The translations under genes and the position numbers were made by a program. The notes under the pieces were generated by a model, which ran no database searches, was not told the origin of the DNA, and was given only the letters and a program-made list of their open reading frames with translations. A stretch of DNA of 32,000 nt from an uncultured bacterium. GTDB taxonomy: Bacteria > Auribacterota > JACPWU01. Of this stretch, positions 17,877 through 29,800 are shown piece after piece; positions within the stretch are counted from its first letter, which is position 1; the number at the start of each line of letters is the position of its first letter. The DNA lies in contig CAZXEQ010000003.1 of the NCBI GenBank assembly GCA_964640155.1, positions 325,498-357,497 of the forward strand, in the 5' to 3' direction.

Positions 17877-20800
17877 TCAGATTCTTCAGATCGATTGAAA
17901 GCAGGAGAGATTTTAAAAGAGTCGATTGACTTTAAAATTTCTGACTTTCAAAAGGCACCTCCAGTAGCTATTCAAGGTATTCTCACGTCTTTTCTAAAGT
18001 ATTTCTTTTTGCAATCTTATGAATATTCTATTTCCTTGCTCACGCACCGGCATATCTCGTTTCAAGGGATTCCTGTGCCTTCACTTTTTGATGAGATGAT
18101 GGAGACTTTATGGGAATTAATGAGAGAGCAGGAGTGGAAAGGTTTAGCTCGAAGATATATGAGAGAGCTCCGCTTGCGGTTAGTTGAGGAACATCAAGGG
18201 GATGTTAAAAAGGTGCAAAAGGAGCTTTTGAGAAATATAGATATTTGGGAGGGGAATAAATTAAAACTCTCTCAGAAGAAAAAGGGCTTTGCTGTTCTTT
18301 TTGAAAGTATAGATGATGAAGAGGAAGAGAATTCAGGGCTCTCACAAAAAGAAAAGGATTTCTTTGCGCTTCTAAGGCAAGAGGCCTTAGGACAAAAAGG
18401 GCCAGCAGCTCAGTTACTTCCAGAGCAACTAGAGAAAGTGATACATAGAAGTATGGCTCATGCGAAGACCGTTATGAAAATATTTGAAAGATTTCTACAA
18501 AATCAAGTTGCACAGGTGAGGCCCATTTATGAAAGAGCAAAAGTAACTCATGACGAAGAAATAAAAGCTGGAGAGTTAATATTTGAGATTTTAGATTTTA
18601 GGCCTGATTTTAAGAGAGATCCTCCCGATTTTTCAGGTCAGAAATTTGCCGAAGAACTTTTTGAGAAAAAGATTAAAAATTTTGGAGGCCGTAAATATTT
18701 ATTTGATCAGATTTTGTTTGAGCTGCGTAATTTAGATGATATGGATTCTAGGGCGTCATTAGTATTGATGCATGTTTTGGCCTGTTTTTTTAAAGAGGAT
18801 TATTTATCGAAACAAGGGGGAGTGACTTTATCCAGGGAACAATTTGAAAGACTTTGGAGGATTTATCGTTCAATCGACTATGATTGTGCGGGAGTCGCCA
18901 TGGGTTGCATTGCGCAAGTGATTTATGATCCAAGAATTAAAGTTGTAGGATTTACTCAAGATCAAATCCATTCACGGGCAAAAAAAGATTTTGAAATATT
19001 TTTAAAACGATTCATACACAATCCCAATCCGCGCACTTACAATCTATCTATTTATTGGTCACAGTATTTTTTGACTCAGGATTCTGAGTGGCTTGATGAA
19101 GTGATTGAAAAGATGAATTCTTTTGGTCGTCGGTCAGAAAAATTTAATCTAATTTTACGGGGATTATTGTCTAAGGTTTGTCAGGATGGAAAATTACGGG
19201 AAAATATTAATGAGTTTGCGAATAAATTTATTCAACCTTTAGATATTGCTGTATCCACCAATACTCCTGAAGATGCATGGAAAGCTATTTGGGGCACCAC
19301 CGATCAACCCCATCTTGAAAATGCGAAAAAATTTCTAGAAACAGTTACTTCTTTAAGAGAGCTTTATCCTTATCAATTGACTTCGTCTGATGCTACACCT
19401 CCACTTCAATTTGCTATTAAAAATGGTATTTATTTCCCAATTGGAGGAGGGCTTTATGTGACCCCGATAACTCAATCTTTTAGGCGACATACTGTTTTTA
19501 AATTAACCAATAGTGGACAGGTTACTTTTGCTTTTGAAGTATTGATTCCTGGTGAAAATACTGATCGACGTCTGATTGCAACTGAACAAAGGTGGAAGGT
19601 TTCATCGGAGTTGCTCGAAAGCTTTCCTCTGCATAATTATTGTCCTACTCCTCTCGCAATGATGGATTTGCCAAAGGGTTCATACTCTCTTTATGGCCAG
19701 GAAATTGAATTTAGTTCTAAAACTCCTTTGTCGGTCATGGGATTTCAATATGGAGAACAAGAAGATGGGAAGCGCCTAGACTTTATAACAAGACCCATAT
19801 TGGATGAAATTGCTAAAGAATCAGGTTGGGATTCAGATGCTTTGTCTTTTGAAGTTGCCAAACAAGTAACCGAACTTACCGCAGCAACTCATGCTCTGGG
19901 GTATGTGGGGCATAATGGTAAATCTTCTGATCATCATACTGGAAACTTTAGATTGATTTTGACAGGAGATAGAGCTAGGCCCATCAAAATAAAGTTGGTT
20001 GGGGATTTTGAGGCTTTCACCAAAGTTAGTTATGAAGATCAGATTAATAAAATGGGGAATGATGTTAATAATATTGTTCCCAGACTTAGCCTAATTTTGG
20101 ATATGGATGCAGAAAAACTTAAAAAGATGTTTGAAGAAGCTAGAGATTTACCCCATATACGTGAAGTTTCTGATAGAAAAAGAAAAGAATCGCTCAAAAA
20201 TGATTTTCGAGCTCTTCTAGTAATAAATCCAGATAACAAGGATCATTTAGAAGAATTATTAGCTTCTGTAAATGTCCGTGATTGTGAGCAATCTGTTCGA
20301 GAACAAAATAATGTAATAACTCTTGGTTTTTTCTTTGAGGATGAATTTTTAGATAAGCATGGAGGTCTTGTTTTATCTCAAGCCCAGTATGATCGGTTAT
20401 GGAAGATTTATAATGAAGCGGCAGTAGCTCCAGAATATGCGGCGATGATATTGGGATATATCTCTAAAGTTTTAAATGATGATAGGATCTCAATTGAAGG
20501 TCAGCCTGATAAGAAACAAGTTCGAAAAACATCTGCACAAAAGATAGTTTCTGCTTTAGAGATTACATCTCCTACAGATAATCCTAAACAGGCTTGGAAA
20601 GCTATTTTTGGAACAACTGATCAGCCTCATGTTCAAAACACTCAAAAGTTTATAGAAATGGCGACACTCTTAAGAAAAATTTTCCCTTATGAATTATCAA
20701 AAGAGGACCCTCGTTCTCCTTTAAAATATGCATTAGAAGAGGGGATTTATTTCCCTATAGGAGGTGGACTTTTTATGACACCTGTCACCGAATCTTTCAG

Positions 20801-23800
20801 ACGACATATGGTGTTTAAATTGGATGATGAGGGACAAGTGCTTTTCGCTTTTGAAGTGATGATTCCAGGTGAAGAAGACTATCGTCGAGATATCGGAGCA
20901 GAAAAAAGATGGAAAGTTGCTACCGATATCATTCAAAATTTTCCAGATGAAGAATATTGCATTGTTCCGATTGAAAAAGCTGTTTTGCCCTCTGCAACAT
21001 ATCTCCTATATGGGAAATCGGTGAGTATTAATGCTTCACAAAGTTTATGTATTATGGGTTTTGAATATGGAAAGCAAGAAGATGGAAAAGGTGTTTTTGA
21101 TGAGGACGGGAAACGTTTGGAGTTTGTCACACGCGCTATGGTTAATGAGATAGCTAAAGAAGCGGGCTGGGAACCAGAAGCTTTAGCTTTAGAAATTGCA
21201 AGACAAGTAGCTGAGCTTACGGCTGCAACACATGTTTTGGGATACGTTGGCCATATTAATGAAGGAGACGAAAGAGATGGATTCACAAGATGTGATCATC
21301 ATACCGGTAATTTTAGATTGATTGTAAGAAAGGGGAAGGACGTTCCTATTAAGGTAAAGCTGGTGGATGATTTCCGTTCATTTAGAAAGATTAGTTTTGA
21401 AGAAAAAGCAACGGCAGTTTTTGTAGATCATGCACACATTGTGATAGGAATTCCTGATATTTCAATGATTGGATTAAGTGAGATTTTATATCTTAGTGAA
21501 ATTGATTTATTGGGTATGTTTGAAGAAGCGGAAAATAAGCAAATCTTAAGTAAAATTAAAAATCTTGGAAAGGGAGAATTTTTTATTGATTATGGAAAGA
21601 GAAAGGATGATCTTAAAACAATTTTTAGAAATTATATAATGACTATGTCATATAAAGAGCACTTTCGTAATCAATTACTAGATGCCATTCTTCAAGAATC
21701 CACCGAAAGTTTTGCTATCGAGAATCTCCTACAAATTCTTTCCTTCTTTTTTGATGAAGAATTTTTACCTGAACCTCAAAAAGTAGTTTTAACCCCAGAG
21801 CAATATACAAAAATGTGGAAGATTTATGAAAAAGTCGAAAATGATCGAGACAATGCTTTTGTAATTTTAGATTGTCTTGGGAAGATTTTAAGCGATGAAA
21901 GAATTATAGTTTCAGGATGGGTGCAAAAATCTGAGGGTTATTCGCTGATGCAGGGAAAGTTTAAGCGATTTTTAGACCAGAAAAGGGTAGATCCAAAATT
22001 TCAAACACGAGGATTTGGGTTTGTGGGAGTAGCAACAACTCCTTGGGTTAATTTTTTTATTCGAGCCGGAGTAGATGCGGTAGAGGCTTTAGATGTGCCA
22101 TGGGATAACATGCTTTTGGACGGTCTTATTTATCCTTTATGCCAGGAACCAGTCATGAAAGCTATTCGCCAAAGACTTTTGAAGCAAATTGTGCCAGGGT
22201 CATATAAATTTGATGTGAAGCCTGTCATCCCCGGGATCGATGGATCCCCGACTGAAATCTTCGGGGACGGATCCATTCAACAAAATGGATTCCCGACAGA
22301 AACACTCGGGAATGACAGAGTGGTGGAAGCCCTACAAGCTATTTTTGGAACGCAGGAACATCCAAATATCGAAAATTCTCGAGAATTTTTTAGAGTGGCG
22401 ACACTACTGAGAAAAGTTTTTCCTTATGAGTTATCAAAAGATGATCCGCGGCCTCCGTTACAGTATGCCATTGAAGAAGGTATTTATTTTGAAATAGCCC
22501 CAGGGCTTTATATGACTCCCATTACAGAATCTTTCAGACGTCATATTATTTTTAAGATGACTGAACCCGGGAAAGTTGATTTTGCTTGTGAAGTATTGAT
22601 TCCAGGGGAATTAGAAGATCGAAGAGATTTTGCTATAAACATGCGGAAGAAAGTCAGTTCTAACTTAAAAGAAGTTTTTGGAGATGAATATTGTGTCGAA
22701 ACTATTTTTGATGTCCAATTCCCTTATGGAAAATATCAAATGTATGGAGATGAGATTATATTTAATGAGAAGACTCCTCTAAACTTGCTTGCATATGCTT
22801 ATGAAGATGGAAAGCGAATGGAATTTTTGACCCAAGATATGCTAATAAAACTTGCAGATAAGATGCAAATACGAATAGAAGACTTGGAGATGAAGATAGC
22901 AAGAAAAGCTGCATCTTGCGTAGCTGCCACACATGCTTTAGGTTATGTGGGACGTAAAGATAAATACGCAACTTCTGAAACTGGTGCTGAATTTGTGATT
23001 GGAACACGATTTGACCACCATTTAGGTAATTTTCGTTTAATCGTTAAAAAAGAAGATAAAAAAATAACTATCGACGTAGAATTAGTAGGAGATTTTGGTG
23101 CTTTTCGGGATTCCACACATTTGCAAAGAGCAGAGGCATTTAGAAAACAGGATATTCGAGCTGTTGTTGAAGGAGAGAATCGCTTTCCTGGATTAGTTAA
23201 ACTTTTAAATATTTCAAAAGAGAAGTTGTATGAGATCTTTGAACAGGAACAGAGAAGATTGAACACTGAAGTTCGGGATCTTTCAGAAATGGGAGGTTTA
23301 GCGGCAAGACCTTTGGGCCCGGGTTTCTCTGGCCTTCCAGATTCTCTTGAAGAATCACCTTATCGCCCTGTTATTGAAGAAAAGATGGATAAGAAACAGT
23401 TCAAATCAGCAAGTTTTTCAAATGGAAAGTTTTCAAGCTCTCAAGTAATGCATGAGAAGACAGGTACAGAAATAGGACAATCTGTTACGGGGGATAACTT
23501 AGACTTTTTAAATAATGTAGAGTTTTCTTCTGAAGACCGGAAAGCTTTAGAAGGTCTTACTATTATTTTTATTGACGGCTTAGATGAAGCAGTGAAGAAG
23601 AAAGCGATAGAACTCGGTCTTACTATTCTAGAAGATTGCAAAGGAGCACATTATGGAATTTCTCGACCACAAATATATTTAGATGCTAGTTTGCTAGATC
23701 CCACCAATAAAGAAGATTTAATACGCCAACTTCATCATGAGGTGCAGGAAAGAAAAGCAGTATTAGATATTCTCAATAGTCATTTTAAAAATTGGAAAGA

Positions 23801-26800
23801 GCATAGAAATAATGCTGATGTTCAGGATGTTATCGAAATTTTTGCTAATGCAAAACATAGAGATTTAATGAGAGAAGAGGGAAGAGTCCCTGAGGAAGAG
23901 CGACTAGACAAAAATATTTTGCAATTATCAATAATTGATTTAGAAAAGCAAGGCTATAAGCAGGTGGATTCTGTTGGCCCTCATCAATTCACAGTTTGGG
24001 AAAAGGATGGGGAAAGAGTGCTAGTAAAAGCAAGAGATTCGGATCTTTGGTTTTATCCTTTGATGGAGTTTGCTGCGGCTAGATTCGCAAGAAAATTAGG
24101 TGTTAAAAATGTAAACAAAGTTCACTTGGGAAGTCCAAAACATCCCAATCAGATTTTTAGCTCAATCATTGAAGTTTTTGAAGATTCTACTCCACTTTTA
24201 TCTAGCTCTTTTTTTGATCCAACTCCCCCCAGCGAATTAGTTCAAAAACATTCTGTTTTAGCTAATTTATGGCCTAACTCGATTGATCATAAGGCTTGGT
24301 TAGAAGTGATGGACGATCCACATAAGTTTATTGAGAGCGATATTTTTAGAGTTTTTTGGGGTTGGCTAGATCCAATGCCAGCAAAGAATGTCTTGGTTAG
24401 AAAAAATAGAGAAAAATGGCAAATGCGATTTATTGATTTTGCTCCTTCTCCTGTACAGTTCTTTTGTAGTGCACACGGGTATCTCGAAGCTCATGAAGAA
24501 TCCATCAGAAAACACGGTATGGGTTTAATCATGAAAATAGCAGAATTAACAAATGAAGAGATTTATCAACTTGTTGATGAGATTTTGCCTGAGACTTTGT
24601 CAGCAAATAAACAGATTCCTAGTGAAGGAATGTGGGCTTTGGAGAGTGTGCGTCAGGGGATGATTATTAAATTGATTCATAATCGAAATATTTTTCGAGA
24701 ATGGTTTCAGAAACAACCTGAGTATGAAGTACGACAGAGAGAATTACGCGAGCAAGAAACACGAAAGATTATTCAGGATGGCGGAGTTATTGAAGAAGGA
24801 ATTTCCGTTGTTTGCCCGGTTTATCGAGAGCTTGAAAATGGGAATTTCTTTCGATTGATTGAAAGTTTTACAAATCAAACAGCTGTGACGGGGAATTATG
24901 AGCTTCTTTTGCTTATCAATAATATGCCTGGCATCAAAGGGCCTGTTTTTGACGAAAATCAAAGGACTTTATTAATCGCAAATTTTTTGGAAAATCTAGA
25001 TCCGAATGCAGCCGAGCCGGAGTGCTTATCGCGCTATTCAGAAGAGCAAAAGGAGATAATTCGTAAAGCTAGAAAAATAGGTCTTAAAGTGAAGGTAAGA
25101 GACTTTTCTACTCAGGGTATTGAAAGAAATATTGGATTAATCAGGGACAAGGGAGTTCAAGAGGTCATTGCAGAATATGTTAAGGAAACGGGTGGTGATC
25201 GAGTTGTTGCAATGATGGATGCAGATACAATTGTTTCTTCTAACTATGTCGAGAATATTTTAGTTCATTTCTCAGATCCCAATCTAAATTATCTTCATCT
25301 TGATTTGGATTTTCAAGTCACTGGAGAGGGAGTGGACGAAGCTTTCTATCACACGCTTTACCATGAGAGATGGCCTGGAATATCGAGATCTTTTCTTTCC
25401 TGTTTGGGCAATCAACCAGGAGGAATTTCACCCACAATTGTTGCTCGAGCTTCAGCCCTCAAGAAAGTAGGTGGAGTTCCCCATAAAGCCTTTAATGAAG
25501 ATGGGGAATTAATTGGGAATTTGGTTCATTTAGGTGGGTATCGTTTAGCTCACGATGTGCAAGCTGTGACTGCGGATCGAAAAAGAGCAGATGGATATAA
25601 TTCTGCGAGTCGAGGTTCTGGTGGTGCACAAATGTCTCCTTCAAGTTTGTTGCGTTTGCTTGATTTTCTTCTTTTGAAAAGTCATAAAAATAGTCCTCCT
25701 GAGATTGAAGCATTTTTAAAAATGCCGGAAGATTATTATGAAGACAGGGTTGAGCGCCTCATTTCTCCTCGGGAATCTTTAGATTTAGAGACGATCAAAT
25801 TTTTGAGAAGATATTTGTCATCAGATGAATTGGACGAGCTTGAGAAAAGAATACAGATAGAAAGAGATAAGCACGAAGTATTACGTAAAAGGTTGTCCGC
25901 TGCTGTGCATGTGATTGTTCAAAATGTTCTTCAAAATAAGGATAAGCAAAATTGGTTTGAAGGAGTTTCTGATCCAGAAGTGTTAGCCTTTTTTAAAATG
26001 AATGCGCATTGGGTTTATAAGCGTATTCAAGATTCAAGGCATTTAATCGTTTCGCCAGAAGCAGTCTTGGGATATCTAGAAGAAAACTTTCCAGACTGGT
26101 TCAAGCCTTATGATGAAACAAGGCTTAAACGTCAGGTAACAAATATACATGTCATTATTAATTTTCTCAACGAAGCTCGCAATCGATCAAAGGCTTTCCC
26201 TACAACTAATTTGCTTTTGAAAGTTTTAGAAGGGAAAATTTCACTTTCTGAATTCTTAAAAACCTTGCCGCCTAAGCAAATTAAAACTTCTGATGAAGGG
26301 GCTACATTCAAATTTCCTGGAGCATTAGCCTTAGAAAAAAGAGACGATTGGGATATTGACTTCATGTATTTCTTGCGTAAGGATGCTCCTGTTGTTGATG
26401 CCCAGGACAAGCATTTACAAACTGCTATTCATTACATCAATGAACAAGTTCGGGGTCCCCGCAAAGAAAAGTCTGTTGATCAAAAGAAGATCGTTCTTCA
26501 TGCCATCGATGCAAAATATCAAGGCAAGCCTCTTTTAGGTATTCCTATTTTCCCTAATGCTTATTTACCTCAGGATTTACTACTTGTGTATGGGCAAGAG
26601 GATGAGGATGACGGGGCTTTACATATATATATTACAAAGGCATTCTGGGAAAAAGTTTCTTTAGAAGAGTCAGCAGGTTTTTATACAAAGGCATTGGCAG
26701 AAGCGATTGACCATGAATGGTTTGAGGAAAGAGAGGCAACACGTGCTGATCTAGGGCGTCAGACACAACATCGCCGTGCCTCAGAACGAGCTAGATTTTT

Positions 26801-29800
26801 TACTAGAGATGGACAAGTCAGTCCTCTCCATCAAATTTGCTTTCAAATGTTGACGACTTCTCCATTTTCGGAATGGAAAGAGTGGGCAAAGGCTCTTTTA
26901 AAAGAAAATAGAAAAGGAAATAAATCTAATGAAGTAAATGCTTATGAAAAAATTTTTCTAGAGAATTTAAAAAGAGTTCTTTTAGGTCAGGGCAAAGAAG
27001 GCCTTGCTCTTCTTGTTGAACATGAGGGGTTGCCAAAAGAAATTGTTTCTTTATTCAATAAACCTTTTCGAGAATGGAGATCTTTGGCAAAAGAAATTTT
27101 TTATAATTCTAGCGATAAAGTTGCTTTGTCCGCAGATGCTGATCGGCTGAAAACAAATTTTAGCAAAGAATTTTTAATAGATCTCATAATAGGGCAAGGA
27201 GAAGAAGGAATTGTTTTCTTGCATAAACTTATTCGTCCTGAAAAAGATGGAGGAATCAGTCAATCTAATATCGAATTAAGAAAGTATATTTGGGAAAGAA
27301 TAAAATCAGTTTCTTTTGAAGGGAAAGAAGTAAAGGTTATACAGAAAACGGCATCTCGCAAGCCTTATGACTTGCCAGAAGATCAAGTACTGTTTAAAGG
27401 GCAATTGCCTCAGTCAGGGGTATTAAAATTAAAAAGTTTTGAATTTGAATTTAAGAATTTTGTAGGCTCTGATTATGAATTGGAATTTAAAGATGGTTTT
27501 CCAATCAGAATATTTTTTTTAAATGAGAACGTTGCTTTTGAGTTTTTTCCTATTATTGATCGTCAAACAGGTCGTGTGATTACTGTACATCGAGGAAAAA
27601 TTTCTCAGAAAGAATTTGCTGGATATGACGATGTGATTGTTATGACAGATTTGGATTCGTCAGGTTATCTTTCTATTGGAGGGAGTCCACCTGTGTATGA
27701 TTCTTCAGGCGCTTTGATAGGTAAAAAACTGATAAGAGCAAGGTTTAACGAGCATTCTGATGCGCGTGTAAGAGTTGCTGTCAAGAGAGGTATTATCCAT
27801 CGTTGTACTTCAGCAGATTCAGAATTAGATGAAGAATTTACCTTAATTTGGTCTAAGTCTCGCCAATGTTATATTTCTTGGTTTTCTGAAAAAATGTATG
27901 AAGAGGACTTTAACTGCTTAAATGAAGATCACGAGATCCATCGTTGTCGATTGACGGACGGAGTTTTAAATATGGGAGGAGAAAAAAACAGGATTACTTT
28001 TCTAGGACATCCTGAATTAAAAAGAGCCAATGTTTTTGACATTCGTAATCCCACGGGGAAAAAAGCTTTTATTGTGGGTGCACATTTGATGGATGGAGAA
28101 AGAGTTGTGCAAACTAAAAAACTTTCTTTGGTTTATACCGTTGCATCCAAGCCTTCAAAAGAGATGTTTGAGAAAGAACAACTTATGGGAGTTTTTGAAC
28201 ATCAGAGACCTACAAATTTAGAATTGGGAGAAGGAGAGAAGCTTAAGGATTATATAATCTCAGAATTGCGAATAGAAGGTGCTATCTTAACTGTGAATAA
28301 AAGAAAGTTAGAATTAGGACAATATTTTCCCAACGCAGAGGTTGAGGTTAGAGTTATTGATGGAGAACCAAGATATTTAAAGTTTGTAAAGGATCGTGAC
28401 GAAAATTCTGTTTTAGACAAAGATGGCCAACCTCTTATTATAGATTTGCAGAAAAATATACGCCAACAAATGATGGAGAAAGCAGCTTTGTCTGTTGAAG
28501 GACCTCAATCAACTTCTGGTTCTCAAGGTTTTTCTGGTTTGACAGACTCTCTCGAAGAATCTCCTTATCGGCCTATTATTGAAGAGAAGATGAGCAAAGA
28601 ACAATTCAAATCAGCAAGTTTCTCAAATGGAAAGTTTTCTGAGACTCAAGTGACCCATGAAAAAACAAAAGAAAAAATAGGACAGTCTGTAACAGTTTCT
28701 GAATTAGACTTTTTAAATGAGGTAGAGCTTTCAACAGAAGATAGGGATGCTCTAAAAGGCCTCAAAATTATTTTTATTGATGGTCTAGATGAAGCAGTTA
28801 AAGCAAAAGCGATAGAGTTGGATCTTTCTCCTCCAGAAGATTGTAAAGGAGCGCATTATGGGATTTCGAGACCCCAAATATATTTAGATACGAATCTGCT
28901 GGATCCGGCCAATAAAGAAGGTTTAATGCGTCAGCTTTATCATGAGGTGCAGGAACGTAAAACAGTGATTAAAGCGCTCGATGAAAAATATCCGAATTGG
29001 AGAACACAAAGAAAACAGAGAGAATATGCAGATGAGATTAATCTTTTTATTGAGTCAACCGCGGCTGAAGCACATGACCGTTTAGAGGCAGAAGAAAAAG
29101 ATGCGATTGATTTTATTCCTGAGCTTTTGGAAGTGGTTGATTTTTATAGAAATCAGTTAATAGAAAATGCCGCCTGCATCAGTTTATTGCAGAGAGATCT
29201 TAAAGAAATTTTCAATAGAAGGGTTTTGCCTGCAAAAAATAAACATGAGTTATTTTCTCGAGTTCTGGCAATGTATGAAAAAGAAGGTTATGCGGTAATT
29301 CCTATTTTGCATTTAATTTGTTCTGAAGTTTTTTTGTCGAGAACATCTTTTAACGTTACTGTTCAAGAATATGAACGGCTTTTCCCGATTTTAGGTCGTG
29401 CGCTAACTTTTAGAGAAAAATATTTTGCTGCTCAAGTTCTTAATTGTATTCGGACAATCCTAGTGGATAAGCGAATTAGGATGGAAGCCGCTTTTGATAA
29501 GGGAAAAGCGTTAGAAAAATGGGAGCATGAAATGGGAGGTTTTTTTGATCCAGCTTTACGTTTTGAGATGCCAGATAAAATTGAAAATGAAGAGCAGGCT
29601 TGGAATGTGATTTTTGGAAATAAGCACAATGAAAAAACATTTTTAGAACTTGTAACAAGGTATAGAAAATTTTATTCGTTCAGGATTTCCAATCTAGATC
29701 ATCGTCCTCCTCTTCAGTATGCTCTAGAAGAAGGAATTTATTTTCGGATTGGACCCGACTTGTATGTGACCCCTATCACACAATCTTTTAGGCGACATAT

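Noticed and set aside
26356-26538. A plus-strand 60-aa ORF that overlaps ORF-B out of frame.
   Set aside because: It is fully embedded in the conserved ORF-B frame. It has no RBS and no motif, and its length is within chance expectation.
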